DNA of 64,000 nt from Octopus sinensis (GCF_006345805.1 NW_021824954.1:372001-436000), one strand, 5' to 3'; shown: positions 12,995-26,567, counted from the stretch's first letter. Notes: generated by a model from the sequence alone, not told the origin. Translations and numbers: made by a program.

Positions 12995-14585
12995 TAATTC
13001 TTTTTATTGGCCACAAGGGCTGACACACATGATTACATAAAGGGACAAAACAGGACGAAAGGTTACAAAGGGTTTTGTCCGTTTGTTAAAAAATCCGAGT
13101 AAAAACTGTATAACAATAATTATATAACAACGAAAAACTCCCAATAGGGGGAGGCGTTACCAAAGGTTCCTGGTGGAAAAAACCCTATAAAAGCCAACGG
13201 GAGCCTGGTCAAAAAAGGGGTGTAGAGAGTCCCTTTTTTCTCCTTTTATATTACCCTTTTGAAATCACAGGCGAAACCTGAGAACTGGTCCATTTATACT
13301 GGCCAGTCTCGCACAATTCACCCACCTTTCATAAAACTTGCTATCGGACAGCACTTCCCTCTCTAACCTCATCTTCCTTTTCAAGTGAAACTTGAAAAAG
13401 TTGATGAGGCCTTGACCAAAGAGGAAAGTGTCTGACTTTAGCCCTTTCAAACGAGTCCACCACACCACCTCTTTCGCCACAGCCACTAGGCACAAGAAAA
13501 CGGCCTCGCCCTCCTTGTTAAAGGAGGTCGGCGGGGCAATCTTCACTATGGATTCGGCCGATAGTCGGATCCGTCCTACACGTGACAGTAGCTGTTCGAC
13601 ATAAACCCATATTTCAGCAATACTCGGGCACTGGACGAGTGCGTGCAGAACGGTTTCGTCGTCCTGGCAACACCTCGGGCAGGCCCGGCTGACGGCACTT
13701 CCGTGCCGGTAGAGTTTATCTCGAACAGGCAGAGCCCCTCGGTAGCACTGCCAGGCGAGCGACCTCTGGAAATTATCCATCGGCCCCGGCCCGAAAGTCC
13801 TCCCGAACAGACCGCTCAGTTCGTCATCTTCAACGCCTAGAGTTTCCCCGAGAACGTCGTCGCATTTTTCCTCCACTAACCCTCTATAGAACGCTAGAGT
13901 GGAGCTGTAACCGATCGCATTGCCCGCCTGGCAGAGGGCGGAGAGAGCTTGACGGCACTCGAGGTGCCAAGCGCCCTTTCTCGGTCTACGTTTGATCCAG
14001 GTCTGCAGCTCTGTCAAAGAGACGAGCTGCGGAAAATCGCGTCTGACAAAAGACGACCACACCTGTTCACCGTCTAGGAAACGCTTGAGATGTCGCAGCC
14101 TGAGCGCATGTCTGCGCATCAGCAACCACGGCATTCCAAGGCCTCCGTTCAGCGGTCGTTGACAGCAGATGGATCGCCTGACCAGTGGCACCTGACCCTT
14201 CCACAAAAAGTCGAAGAGCAGGCGTACCAGCTTGGCCAACCAGCGGGACAAGGGACGACGGTCAAGCGGTAATAGATGACGGATGCGATGTACGCTCGAC
14301 CTTTCAGGGACAGCTTCCTCTCGGCCCATTTCTGGGTGAGACGTGCCACCCTGCTCGTCACCTCTTCCCAGTTTTTATCCACCTGGAGGTCCGGACCGAA
14401 CCAGACCCTGAGCAGTTTAACGGGTCCGTCTGTCCAGCGCCCTACGACGCTGTTGGACGGCATGGGCTTGCCTCTCCAGGTGCCCAGTTGAAAGGCCACA
14501 GACTTTTCCGCGTTAATCTTTGCCCCTGTCACCCCTTCGTACTGGTTTAGTGTCTCGCCAATCAGGCCAATGTGCCTGTGGCTCG
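12958..14585 (-). mobile_element. 5'-truncated Tx1/L1-like LINE with intact 3' end
   Basis: ORF 13265-14329 (354 aa) carries the ORF2 C-terminus with CPRC...ETVLHALVQC. The 3' UTR has AATAAA at 13003-13008 followed by a (TTA)n tail; (AAT)5 sits at the 5' junction. Confidence 0.85.
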
Positions 14586-14964
14586 AATAATAATAATAAT
14601 TGAATTTGTTTTTTAAGCTTCAAAAAAAGGCTTTTATTTTACTATGTCTTGTTGCAAACCGCATTCATAAATAAAGCGTCCGCGATGTACGGTAAACACC
14701 GCCAAATTGTATTCGGAAATTTAGATTACTGTTTTTTTTTACTGTGCTTTACTAAAAATAAGAATTAATTGCTTGTAAGCTTAAAATAAGTTTTTATTAA
14801 CCGTGGATTATTGAAAATGCATTCATAAATAAAGTACAGAACTGGGAATGGTTATTATCGGTTTAGCATAGAGACAAGTAAATTCGGCCTAGCCTCGCCA
14901 AGAGACAAGTTAAGTCGCATCTTCGGGAATCAATTAACGACATAGGATGAGGTATGCCAGTATG

Positions 14965-15041
<77 letters not shown>

Positions 15042-15820
15042 ATATGTATGTATGTAAATATGTATGCATATGCATACATGCATAATATCATTAAAATTAA
15101 TATTAATATTTACAAAAATATATGTAAACTCGTTCTCAAGGCAATCCAAAATTAGGGAAATTCGAATTGAACATCTGAAATATTACCAGTACATGAACCC
15201 CTACAAAAAGAACGCTTGAAGCGATTTCAACCTAATACATTAATGTATTCAACTAACATATATGTGATTTTTTTTGTATTTATGTTTGTCCTCCTTATCA
15301 CCGCTGGACACCCGATAAAATCACCGTCTTCTATGTCATTTTTCATTTTCTTCTATTTTCCTTTTCTTTCTTTCGGTGTTTTCTTATTTTACCTTTTTTC
15401 GTATTATTATTCTCATTCTTTTTTTATGTCACGCACATTACTCTAAGGTATTTTCACCTCCACTTATGCCCACACCCTGTATAGACGGGTATAAACTTTC
15501 TGACATTTCGATTTAAGTAAAGTGACCTCGAAGTTTAATTATTGCATCTTACTGTGGCCATCTCCATCTCCATCCTTAATCCGGTTCTTTGATAAGTGTT
15601 GTTCTCATTTAAAGCTTAAAATTTGACGGCAGGCATTTTCTCGAAGATTAAATATCAGAGTAAGTGACTTCCATGCAGTACTCCCTTTTGAATACGATCC
15701 CGTAGCAGTATTGTTTTATGCACTGTAGTGAGTGCCACGTATAAATGATCCGTATTTATGAAGCCGCTAGTAAGGATACAATTCGACACAGATTTACAAT
15801 CAGTAAACATAAGCACGTGA

Positions 15821-16122
15821 AGGCACATGGCCTAGTGGTTAGAGCAGCGGACTCGCGGTCGAGGGCTCGCGGTTCAAATCTCAGGCCGGGCGATGTGTGT
15901 GTTTATGAGTGAAATACCTAAACTCCATGCGGCTCCGGCAGAAGGTAATGGTGAACTTCTGCTGACTCTTTCGCCACAACTTTCTCTCGCTCTTTCCTCC
16001 TGCATCTTGCAGCTCACCTGCGATGGACCGGCGTCCCGTCCAGATTGGGAACCTATACGCCAAGGAAACCGAGAAATCAGCTAATGAGCCAGGCGTGGCT
16101 CGAGAAGGAACAAACAAACAGA
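15821..16122 (+). mobile_element. tRNA-derived SINE, family C
   Basis: A box TGGCCTAGTGG and B box GGTTCAAATC. Core CTCTTTCGCCACAACTTTCTCTC is shared with the minus-strand copy at ~23855-24163. Confidence 0.75.
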
Positions 16123-16197
16123 GACTGCTTATGGCTGACGATGACAAGGAACACACACATGCACACACACATACACACACACAGACACACACACACG

Positions 16198-16312
<115 letters not shown>

Positions 16313-16757
16313 GTACGAATATAATGATTTTCGCCCATTTCCCACCAAGCAAATTCCACTCATAAAGTTTTGATCAAAACGACATTACAGAAGGCACTTG
16401 CTCAAGGTACCCCGCAGCAAGATCGAACGTGTACCAAGTCGTTAGGAAGCGAACCACTTCACCACACAACCAGGCCTGTGCTTATGCTACAAACGATACG
16501 CTTTTAATTATTTTATTTTATTTTAATTATTTGTATTTATGGATATCGTTGATACAATCTGTCTCCACTTATTTATTTAAATCAACAAAAATTTGTCAAC
16601 CGATTTTTTACCAAATACGTATGTCCTTAGTGAATGTCGTTCACTCTTCGCCGTCTTATATATCACCGTGTTACTCTACACCCTTGTCATATTGAATCTT
16701 TCCCCTTCCAAGTTCTCTGCAACACCACCAACATTGTCAACATCACCAACACTTTAA

Positions 16758-16791
<34 letters not shown>

Positions 16792-17871
16792 GTCAGCCCA
16801 TACCCACCACTACCCATCCTTCTCATCTTTCATGGTGACATATGATTATTATCATTACAACTATGTCATTTAACAATACAGCTGTTATGACAGAACTACT
16901 GTTATGACAGAAGTGGCTGTTATGGAGGTAGTGTTAGAGGCGGTGTTGGTGCTGGGTGGACATTTTCATGGTGATGTTAATGGGGTCGGTGGGGGTTGAT
17001 GTGATAAGAGTTGGTGGGTGTTGGTGGTGATGGTCGTAGTGGTATTGGTGGTGGTAGTGGTTGTGGCGGTAGTAGTGGTAGCGGTGGTGATTGATGATTG
17101 TAAGGAATAATAATGGTGGTAGCTGGTAGTAATTAACGGACGTTAGTGTTTGGTGATGGAATTTAGCGGCAATTTGTAAAGGTTGATGGTTTTAGCGGAG
17201 GCGGCGGTGGTGGTGGTGGTGGTGATAAAGACGAGCGGAAAAGTTGGTAAAATTTGTTGCTAGTAGATGTTGGTTGTGTTTGTGGTAATATGTAAATGGT
17301 GTTGTATTACAATAATTTTTTTTTACTATCCACAAGGGGCTACACAGAGGGGACAAACAAGGACAGATAAACGGATTAAGTCGATTATATCGACTCCAGT
17401 GCGTAACTGGTATTTATTTAATCGCCCCCGAAAGGATGAAAAGCAAAGTCGACCTCGGCGGAATTTGAACTCAGAACGTAAAGACAGATGAAATGCCGCT
17501 AAGATTCACCACAACTTACTGCAAATATTAGCACCTTTCCAAACTATTATCTCTACAGACAGTCCTTAGCAAATTAAAGCCCGGCATGAATTTACTCTCA
17601 TTTTAGTTCATTCACACTTAATCCTAATTCTATAAAATTGCAATCGTCGGTTCGAAACAATGTGGTGGCCAGGCTTCTGGATCTTGGTTATTTGTCTATG
17701 TCGAGTATTAAGTTATTCGGAACGTCAACTGGCTTTTATCTGACAATCCTGGCGAACTTACTTTCTGTCGAAGCTCTTGAACTTTTTTCCAATCTATGCT
17801 ACATGTACCTTAATATTTCTCGAGGAAGACAAAGAAATTGCTTATACCCTGATAACTGAAATTATACATAA

Positions 17872-19035
17872 CTAGCTTAAGGTGACCCGCTCTACGCGCG
17901 GGTAAGAATGTGGTTGTTATTTTCTGTTGCATCCTTTCGGCACGTAAAAAGCACCATCCAAACGTTGCCGATGGCAGCGCCGCCTTGACTGGCTTCTGTG
18001 CCGGTGGCACGTAAAAAGCACCAACCAATTGTGGCCGCTGCCAGCGCCCCTCCCCCGTGGCACGAAAAAAGCACCCACTACAATCATGGAATGGTTGGCG
18101 TTAGGAAGGGCATCCAGCTGTAGAAACACTGCCAGATCAGACTGGAGCCTGGTGCAGCCTCCTGGCTTCCCAGACCCTGGTCAAACCGTCCAACCCGTGC
18201 TAGCACGGAAAACGGACGTTAAACGATGATGATGATGATGATGATGATTATCCCTCTTTGTTTCTCTCTCCTTTCTCTCTCCCTTTCCCACTCTCTTACT
18301 CTTCCTTTCTCTCAGACTCTCCCTCGCTGTCTCTTACTCTCTATCTTTCTCTATCTATCTCTCTCCCATTTATAAACAACAAAAGATCTTGAGTAAGTTG
18401 AGAAAGATTTTCAAAAATATATATAACTATCAAAAAGTATTAAAAAGTTTAATATACATAAATACAGATATATACACTTTGTATATATACATTATATATA
18501 CATATTTATATATAGAACATACACACACACACACATAAATTAACCCAATAAATATCTGATTCATAATATTTGTTCTCATGATTGTGTGGTGGTTGTGGCG
18601 ATGATAATTCTCTCTATGAATGCAGACAGACGTAGAGAGAGAGCGAGTGTGAAAGCGCTGTGGAAGGCGGGGAGGAGGAGGAGATATAGAACGCCGTTAT
18701 AAAGAGAAAGTGAAGGGGAGTTAGACGCTGTTAGACGACGTTATATATAGAAAATGATGGGAAGGGAGGAAAGAGAATGAGTGACGGAGAAAGACAGATA
18801 CATAAAAGAATGAGAGTAGACTTGCCAAAGTGCGTTTTTGGCCCTAGCAACGACACATTTTAAGATGGGGATTTCTAACCCAGCCTACTTGGCATCCTCA
18901 CCTCATTTTACATGTCCCTGTAAATTTTGGAGTCAATCCGACGGGATCTAGTGGCCTTTAACCCGTTCTCAATGCCAAAACCAGACAAACAAACAAACAA
19001 ACAAACTTTTCGCATTTCAGTTTTATAAATAGAGA
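17872..19035 (-). mobile_element. Non-autonomous Helitron-like element with both termini
   Basis: Minus strand 5' end A|TCTCTATTTATAAAACTG followed by (GTTT)n. 3' end is hairpin ACCCGCGCGTAGAGCGGGT then CACCTTAAGCTAG|T, i.e. an A|T insertion site. Confidence 0.6.
17939..18248 (+). mobile_element. SINE 3' portion (family E) with (GAT)n tail
   Basis: Three GGCACGTAAAAAGCACC-like internal repeats, TTGGCGTTAGGAAGGGCATCCAGC, ending GACGTTAAACGATGATGATG. Confidence 0.65.
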
Positions 19036-19229
19036 TTAATAAATAACTAGTTTTACTGAATATATCTATAGATTGTATATATCTATAGATTATATCTTTG
19101 AATGTATATTATATAGTCTATTGACAATTTTTTTCTTTCTTACTTGACCGCTGGTAGCGGAGAATTTTTCTAGAATTTTTTCCTGTTTAATTTTCCTTAG
19201 AGCAGTCTGCACTTTCCCTTTCAGCTTTC

Positions 19230-20660
19230 TGTAAGCTTCGTTTGAGTTGGGGTTGAAGGACCGAGAAAGAAGTATATTGCCTAAGTTTTGTTTTTATAGA
19301 AGTAGATCATGAATTTCTGGTGATTTGTCTGAAAACCAGTCACTGGACTTGTGCGATTGAAATACTTTCGCTTTGAAATCTTCCCATAAATTGTTTGGAT
19401 CAAGATTGATACTTTCTATAGCATCGTGGAATCTTTGCAAGTTGCTTGGAAATCTGAAGTTTCCAACATTTAACTTTTTGGACCAGACAGTCGACTTTTA
19501 GACATTCCACGCACTAGAAGATGGTCAGTCTAGTTCTCTGCTCCTCTCAGATGGTTTTATATTTATTGCTATGTTTAAACAGTATTGGTAACAACCAAAT
19601 TATTCTCAGTACAAAACGTCAAAAGAGCTATTCCATTTTTATTATATTTTTCAATCTCATGTCGACCACGAAATGTGGCCATTTCCAACTTTTGCGTTGA
19701 AATCTCCCAATATGACCATCTTGTCAGAAATTTGTACTTTCCTCAATAATTGTACTCGATCATCATAAAACTGTCCTACAGCTTCATAAAAACGAGACAT
19801 TGTTGGTTCACAAATACTGACAACAGTAAGAAACCCATCTTTTGTCAGTTTTATGCGGCATGACATAGATCGTTGAGATATACCAGTTGGAAATTCTGCA
19901 ATGAACGATACTAATGAATTCTTGAGAGAAAACCCAACAACAGATTCTCTATGCTAACCTTCAGGTAGGCCTCTCCAGAAGATAGTATATCCATAAGTAG
20001 GTTCATTTGACCCTCACCAGAAAGACGAGTTTCAGAGAGCGCAACTATATCAAGGGAATATTTTAAAGCTCACATGCAATAAATGCTGTACGCCTTTCTG
20101 GCCTCTTGTTGAAATTTTCATCTATAAGTGTGCGCACATTCCAACAGCCAAAAATTCAGAGGATGTCTATTTATTTTTCTTCTTGAAAATTGTTTGACCA
20201 CAGTGACCGGATGACGACCGAGCCCAGCTTGTGGCACACTGGGATACCTGCCGAGCCAGACCTGTTCCCTTGATATTTCCAAGCCTTTTTTTGCCATTTA
20301 CTGAATCTGCTTGAGACATTTCACAGTAGGTTGAAAGTGCATTTTTAGGTTTCCGATAACCAATTCAATGATTTACTAAGATTTGGTGTATAAGAAGTAC
20401 CTGTGCAAATGAATAATTTTCAGTGGGTGTAGCTTGCACTGCACTGCCCCCACCTATCGGGCCAAGAAGACTTTCGCCGGTATGACATGAGAATTGATAA
20501 AACCGGAAACTTTCAAGGTATCAGGTTTTATTTTGGAGATTTCCTTATCCTAGGTAGATTACCAACCAAGGTTAAAGAGTTTATACCTGCCCACGAGGTA
20601 GGCTATACCGTGCCAGACACTAAACCAACACTCAAACGCTCCATAGAGTGATTAAATATA
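19230..20660 (-). mobile_element. Degenerate RTE-clade LINE 5' part (5' UTR and APE endonuclease)
   Basis: Minus strand GCWNVRTLID at ~20150 and MVILGDFNAKVG (ORF 19657-19866). Related UTR-like sequence at ~6400-6660, ~21850-22000 and ~57790-58110. Confidence 0.65.
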
Positions 20661-20764
20661 ATTCCGGCGTCCGACGCGGAGAAGCTCATGCATATATAAA
20701 AAAATATAAAGATATGTAATTTTAAAATATGAATAAAATAAGATTTAAATATAAATAAGATATA

Positions 20765-20870
<106 letters not shown>

Positions 20871-20951
20871 TACATATCTCTAGGGCTAAACAGCGGTGGT
20901 GTAATCCCCTACTGTCACGTTAAATTGACAGTATACAACCGTTCTATATAT

Positions 20952-21530
20952 AGGTTGCTTGGCCGCATACCGAAAAAATTAGAAATAGCAGTCATAGACT
21001 GTTTATTTCTATTTTCTACAAATGGGACTCCACATACGACATATTCCTGTAATTCACATATGCAAAACAGGAGGAATGAATAACGAAAACAAAGTCTAAC
21101 GGTCATTTGCGAACATATTTCTAGATTAGAAATATAATTTCATATCTTTCATCAGCGCAACTCTCCATTAAAATAGATTTATCAAAAATAGTTCCCTAGA
21201 GGTAGAAACTATGGGTTGTCGTAACGGAGTGAAAATTCCAATTAGTAATATATATTTGTAATGCGCATGGTAAAGTTTTGGAGGGAAAATTTACGAATTC
21301 AATTGTCTATTTAGGTTTAGCCTATGCTCGCTTTCTTCCACTCTTTTGATGTCGCCTGGTCAGAAGGTCGAGGTACGTAACGTTAGACTTTGTTTTCGTT
21401 ATTTATTCCTTCTGTTTTGCATATGTGAATTACAGGAATATGTCGTATGTGGGGTCCCATTTGTAGAAAATAGAAATAAACAGTCTATGACTGCTATTTC
21501 TAATTTTTTCGGTATGCGGCCAAGCAACCT
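20952..21530. repeat. 150 bp inverted repeat pair with 279 bp spacer (MITE-like)
   Basis: Arms 20952-21101 and 21381-21530 are reverse complements; I counted 3 mismatches. Confidence 0.85.
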
Positions 21531-21673
21531 GTGGCCTGCCTCTTTTATTTATATACAATATATATATACTAAACTTTACAGAAGTTCCTACCGTTAATGG
21601 TTATATTTACATGCCGAAATCTACCAATAAATAATTGTTTTTTTTTAAAAACCATTAAAGAATTTATTTACTC

Positions 21674-21785
<112 letters not shown>

Positions 21786-23583
21786 AGAATATATAAAACG
21801 ATATACATATTTACACATGTTTGTTGGATGGCCGTTCCTCCGCCCTTTGACGGGTCTTATTTTTTATCCTGCAGGGTGTCCGACAATCACCCTTCTCACC
21901 AAGCAAGCTTGATGGAGTTACCAGTTTAGTCGCCGACGACCCGACCATGCAACAGGTTGTACTGGATTACATATTACCAATAGCACTCAAGAGCGACCTG
22001 ACATATATAAATATATATATAATTAAGATTCAGTTGAATTAGGTACTTAAATTGAGGCACCTTGATAGTTCAGTATAGTTCGCACACCTCAACAATATTA
22101 TGGAAATATTGAATATCAAGACTCTGTGTAGGAGTGTTTGTACGTAATATTCATGTCGTGAATATATGCGCTCTTGGTAATTCAGACATGTACTTTTTAT
22201 ATAAAGGTACTTTCTATAGTATTTCCGAAGTGCAGATTCCTAGCTTGTGAACAGAATATAAATAAGTAACAAAGCCGTAATGAATTGACACCCGTACGTC
22301 TTTGCTACTTATATATATATATATATGAGACATCTGTATTTTCATAGCTTGCTAAGGTGAAGGTAGCTTCGTTTGTCACTTGAAGCCATTTCATTGAGTT
22401 TACGCGACGAGAAGAACAGGAGGGAATCCTCTGTCACTTTCGACGATGAGTATTCTTGGAATTCAAACTACTGAACTTATTCAGTGGATTACAGAGTAAA
22501 GTGGAATCCCCAAACAAAATCAGCGTAACACTGATTAGGTCCCGTCCCTCCGATAGCGTGAACCTACAGTTTCCACCAAACCTAATATCACCCACGTAAC
22601 TTAGGTCGAATGAAGGCTATGCTTCAATTCGAAACCTGGAACTACTTGATTGCGAAGTGAATGGCCTTCAACGCTTAGCACATTCTTGCGACCTGACAGG
22701 CAAATGGCAACTATAAAAAACATAAGCATTAAAGTATATTGTTACACTTTCAGAATAAACCTTATGCGCAGTAATAAAACACAAACACACACACACACAT
22801 ACACACACACGTCCTTATGGCTGACATTTCATTATTTTCTTTCGCGGTATTATTATAGGGGCAGGATTTGTAATTTTAATCCCATCCAGTGGCTATCAGC
22901 AATTATATTCGTGCGCATCATAAGTGTATATATGCGTATACGTATGAGTGCGTTATGTTGGAGACTGTGAATATGCGTGTGTGTGTATTTATGCATGTGT
23001 GTATTTTTGTGAGTGTGTATATAAATACATACACGCATGTATATGCGTGTGTGTAGGCTACATACATATACACACATACAAGCACAAACATACCTATGTA
23101 TATATGTATATGAATGTTTGTATATGTGTTTATGTGTGCAGTACATGTGATGCAAGTTAGAAATTAGGTGATATCTCCACGTAAATTGCTCACATACCAA
23201 ACACAATTGTCCGACATTTAGCAACAAATTCTTCCATCATGACTACCTCACCTGACGCACACCACTGGCACAATGAAAGGTCACAAAGAAAAATGATTGT
23301 GTAATCACTATCACCGCTGTTGACGTCGTCGTAATTAGAGTAACTAGTTGTTGTTTACTCCTTGGGCAGCCCAAGGCAGTAATGATTGAGTGGACGTATG
23401 ACCAAAAAATCCTAGAAGTGACCGTTACTTTTCCCCCTTTGTACTGTGTGTTTTTTCCTAAAATGGCTGGAGTTGAATTTGAATGAGATTTGGGGATGCT
23501 GTTTCCAGCAAGTTGCGCTGTCACGTATAAGCGTATACGCTGGCTTGAGTAGTAGTAGTTGTAATACTACAACTGGTACTGCT

Positions 23584-23584
23584 G

Positions 23585-23670
<86 letters not shown>
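23584..23670. repeat. (TAC)n microsatellite
   Basis: Perfect trinucleotide run. Confidence 0.95.
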
Positions 23671-23672
<2 letters not shown>

Positions 23673-23854
23673 GTGTGCCTGTTGTCTTCTTCTTCTTCTT
23701 TCAATCAGGATTCACGCCATTAGCCACAAAGAATAATCTCTAATTCGAGCCTACTCTAAGCTACTAAGAATGCGTGTGGCAACCTGAAGATCCACCCACC
23801 ACACGCGATAGACTGGCGGTTGCACGGGCGCGAAAGCTACGTTGTTATTCTCAT

Positions 23855-24163
23855 TCCTTAAACAGTGGCTTTTAACGAGTGGAGAGCTGAACCATCCTGG
23901 GTTACAGAGAATTCGCAATCTAGACTAGGGTCTGAAAGTTTTACCACACCATAGTGGGTTACACCATGGTTCCTCTGCTTTGTGGCAGAAATAGGAAGAA
24001 AGAGTGAGAGAAAGTTGTGGTGAAAGAGTACAGCGGGGTTCACCACCTAACCCCCGCCGGAGCCTCGTGGAGCTTAGGTGTTTTTGCTCAATAAACACTC
24101 ACAATGTCTGGTCCGAGAATCGAAACTGTGCTCTTACGACCTAACCACTGGGCCATTGCGCCT
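23855..24163 (-). mobile_element. tRNA-derived SINE, family C-related
   Basis: Minus head GAGGCGCAATGGCCCAGTGGTTAGG...GTTTCGATTCTCGG; shares the core with 15821-16122. Confidence 0.65.
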
Positions 24164-24829
24164 CAACTGTGGCAGCTGTTGGAAGTGATGGTGGTATTGT
24201 TGCGGTTGATGCTGTTGTTATTGGATGAGAGCAACAATTTCGAGGAAGGAGTAAGTCGATTACATCAACCCCGGTGTTCAGCTTATTTTATCGACCCTGA
24301 AATTATGAAAGGCAAATTCGATCTCGACGGAATTTGACTTTAGAACGTAAGAATGGTCGAAACGTCACTAAGCATTTTGCCCTGCGGATTAACTAGATTA
24401 TTGAGGTGTGAACAAGCATCTTCAGATGGAATAGTTTTGTGGGGATTTCACCGCAAGTGTGTATGTAGTGTTGTGGCGTTGTAGTGTAGTGTTGTTGCCT
24501 AGTGAAGAATTGCAAGGTTATAGTGTAGTGTATGTTCTAGTGTAATGTAATAAAGGTTTCAAATTTTGGCACAAGGCCAGTGATTTCGTGGGTGTGTGTA
24601 TATCGATTACATCAATCCTACTGCTCAGCTGGTTCTTATTTTATCAACTCCGAAAGGATGAAAGACAAAGTGGCATGTAAAGTTGGAAGAAATCACTAAG
24701 CACTGTACTCGGCGTAGTAACGATTCTGCCAACTCACTGTCTTTAGAGTAATGTAATATTACAATATAGAGTACCAATGTCTTCTGAGTGAATTTGGTAA
24801 ACAGAAACTGTGGAAGCCCGTCGTGTATA

Positions 24830-24926
<97 letters not shown>

Positions 24927-25150
24927 GTGTATGTGTGTGTGTGTGTGCGTGTGCATGTGCGTGTGTATTTGCCCCCACCATTTTCGCTTGTCAGTCGGTG
25001 TTGGTTTGTTTACGATCACGTATTTCAACAGTTTAGAAAAAGAGGGTGATAATAGAATTAGGTACGAGATTTAAAAATAAGCACTAAGGGTGATTTGTTC
25101 TACTTAACTCATAAAGACGGTTCTCCGGCATGGCCGAAACCCAATGACCG

Positions 25151-25241
<91 letters not shown>

Positions 25242-25243
25242 GT

Positions 25244-25376
25244 AATTAAAATCAAAATGAGGGTGAAAAAATTGGATATTAATTTAATAACATCAATTTA
25301 ACACCAGTGGCTTAGCGCATAAATTGATGTTATTAAATTAATATCCAATTTTTTCACCCTCATTTTGATTTTAATT
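25244..25376. repeat. Perfect 57 bp hairpin with 19 nt loop
   Basis: 25244-25300 is the exact reverse complement of 25320-25376; loop ACACCAGTGGCTTAGCGCA. Confidence 0.9.
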
Positions 25377-25568
25377 CTAAATTAATATGTTCTCAAACCG
25401 GCGTAAACTACTGCAGTGAATTATTTATACAGTATTTATTTCCGGGTATTTGGCGCGCTAGAACGAGGGCATTTGAATATAACTGCGAATATAACAAGCC
25501 GAACTACTCGTATTTTTGATCTCATGTTAATATCTGGCGTGCAGTTCGACAAATTATATTTTATGACG

Positions 25569-25647
25569 AACCTCACTGATGATCTGCAAATTAATTGTGT
25601 AAGTAAAATTGCATAATTTATTAACAGTGAAACAATTGTATGGGGTT
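25569..25647 (+). ncRNA. Minimal type I hammerhead ribozyme motif
   Basis: AACCTCA-CTGATGA-[46 nt helix II]-GAAAC-AATT-GTA-TGGGGTT. Stem I is 7 bp with one G-U; helix III palindrome CAATTG; GUA triplet. First pair of helix II is U-U. Confidence 0.65.
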
Positions 25648-25796
25648 AATCTATATTTTTGTTATTTTTCATTTGTCCTGCTCGCTTACGTTCATAGTGT
25701 GCTAAATTTATCTTGAGAACAATTCTTAGTGGTTGAGACTCATGTAGATCTCTCTTTAGCGTAAGGGCGTCCACATAGTGGATTCCCTCTCATATT

Positions 25797-25886
<90 letters not shown>

Positions 25887-26078
25887 ATAGAAATATTAAA
25901 ATTACTAAGTCTCTCTAAAAGAGATTACGGCAGCGTTACTGGAAATTAATTGTTATCGCCATATTAATATGGCAGTCTTATAGATATAAGACTAAAAGCT
26001 GTCGCTGATTAGCTCCATGAGGCCATCGCCTTAAGATAGCTATTTGACACACAAACTGTGTCCATTATAAACTTCGAA

Positions 26079-26365
26079 GGTTAAAGAAACATCACCGTAA
26101 ACTCCGCATATTTCTTTGGTTGCTTGTGAAGCATTTTTCCCTTTACGGAAAAAGAAAAGCATCAAGTGCCGAAAATGTACTTTCTTATCTTCCATTTTAA
26201 AGGGTTACCGAATTAACGCAGGTTATAGGAACATAAACCTTCTTCCACTGTGCTCTAAATGGAGGTGTAGTCAAATCATATTTTATGAACTCAACCATGT
26301 TCTAAAATAAGCCGAAAGGTAAGCTACTATAAAACGACACGACGAACTTTCCGGACAACCCAATA
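26079..26365 (-). mobile_element. Inverted duplicate of the 5' end of the adjacent mariner
   Basis: Reverse complement of 26739-27019 with two substitutions and one indel. Confidence 0.9.
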
Positions 26366-26405
26366 TAGATATATATATATATATATACACACATACATAC
26401 ATACA

Positions 26406-26488
<83 letters not shown>

Positions 26489-26531
26489 TATATATACATA
26501 GATATACATAGATATACATAGATATACATAT

Positions 26532-26567
<36 letters not shown>

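Noticed and set aside
15821-15900. Nuclear tRNA gene
   Set aside because: A and B boxes are present, but it continues into a SINE body and tail with no complete cloverleaf or terminator.
25095-25150. GGCCGAAAC string resembling a hammerhead 3' core
   Set aside because: No CTGANGA box upstream.
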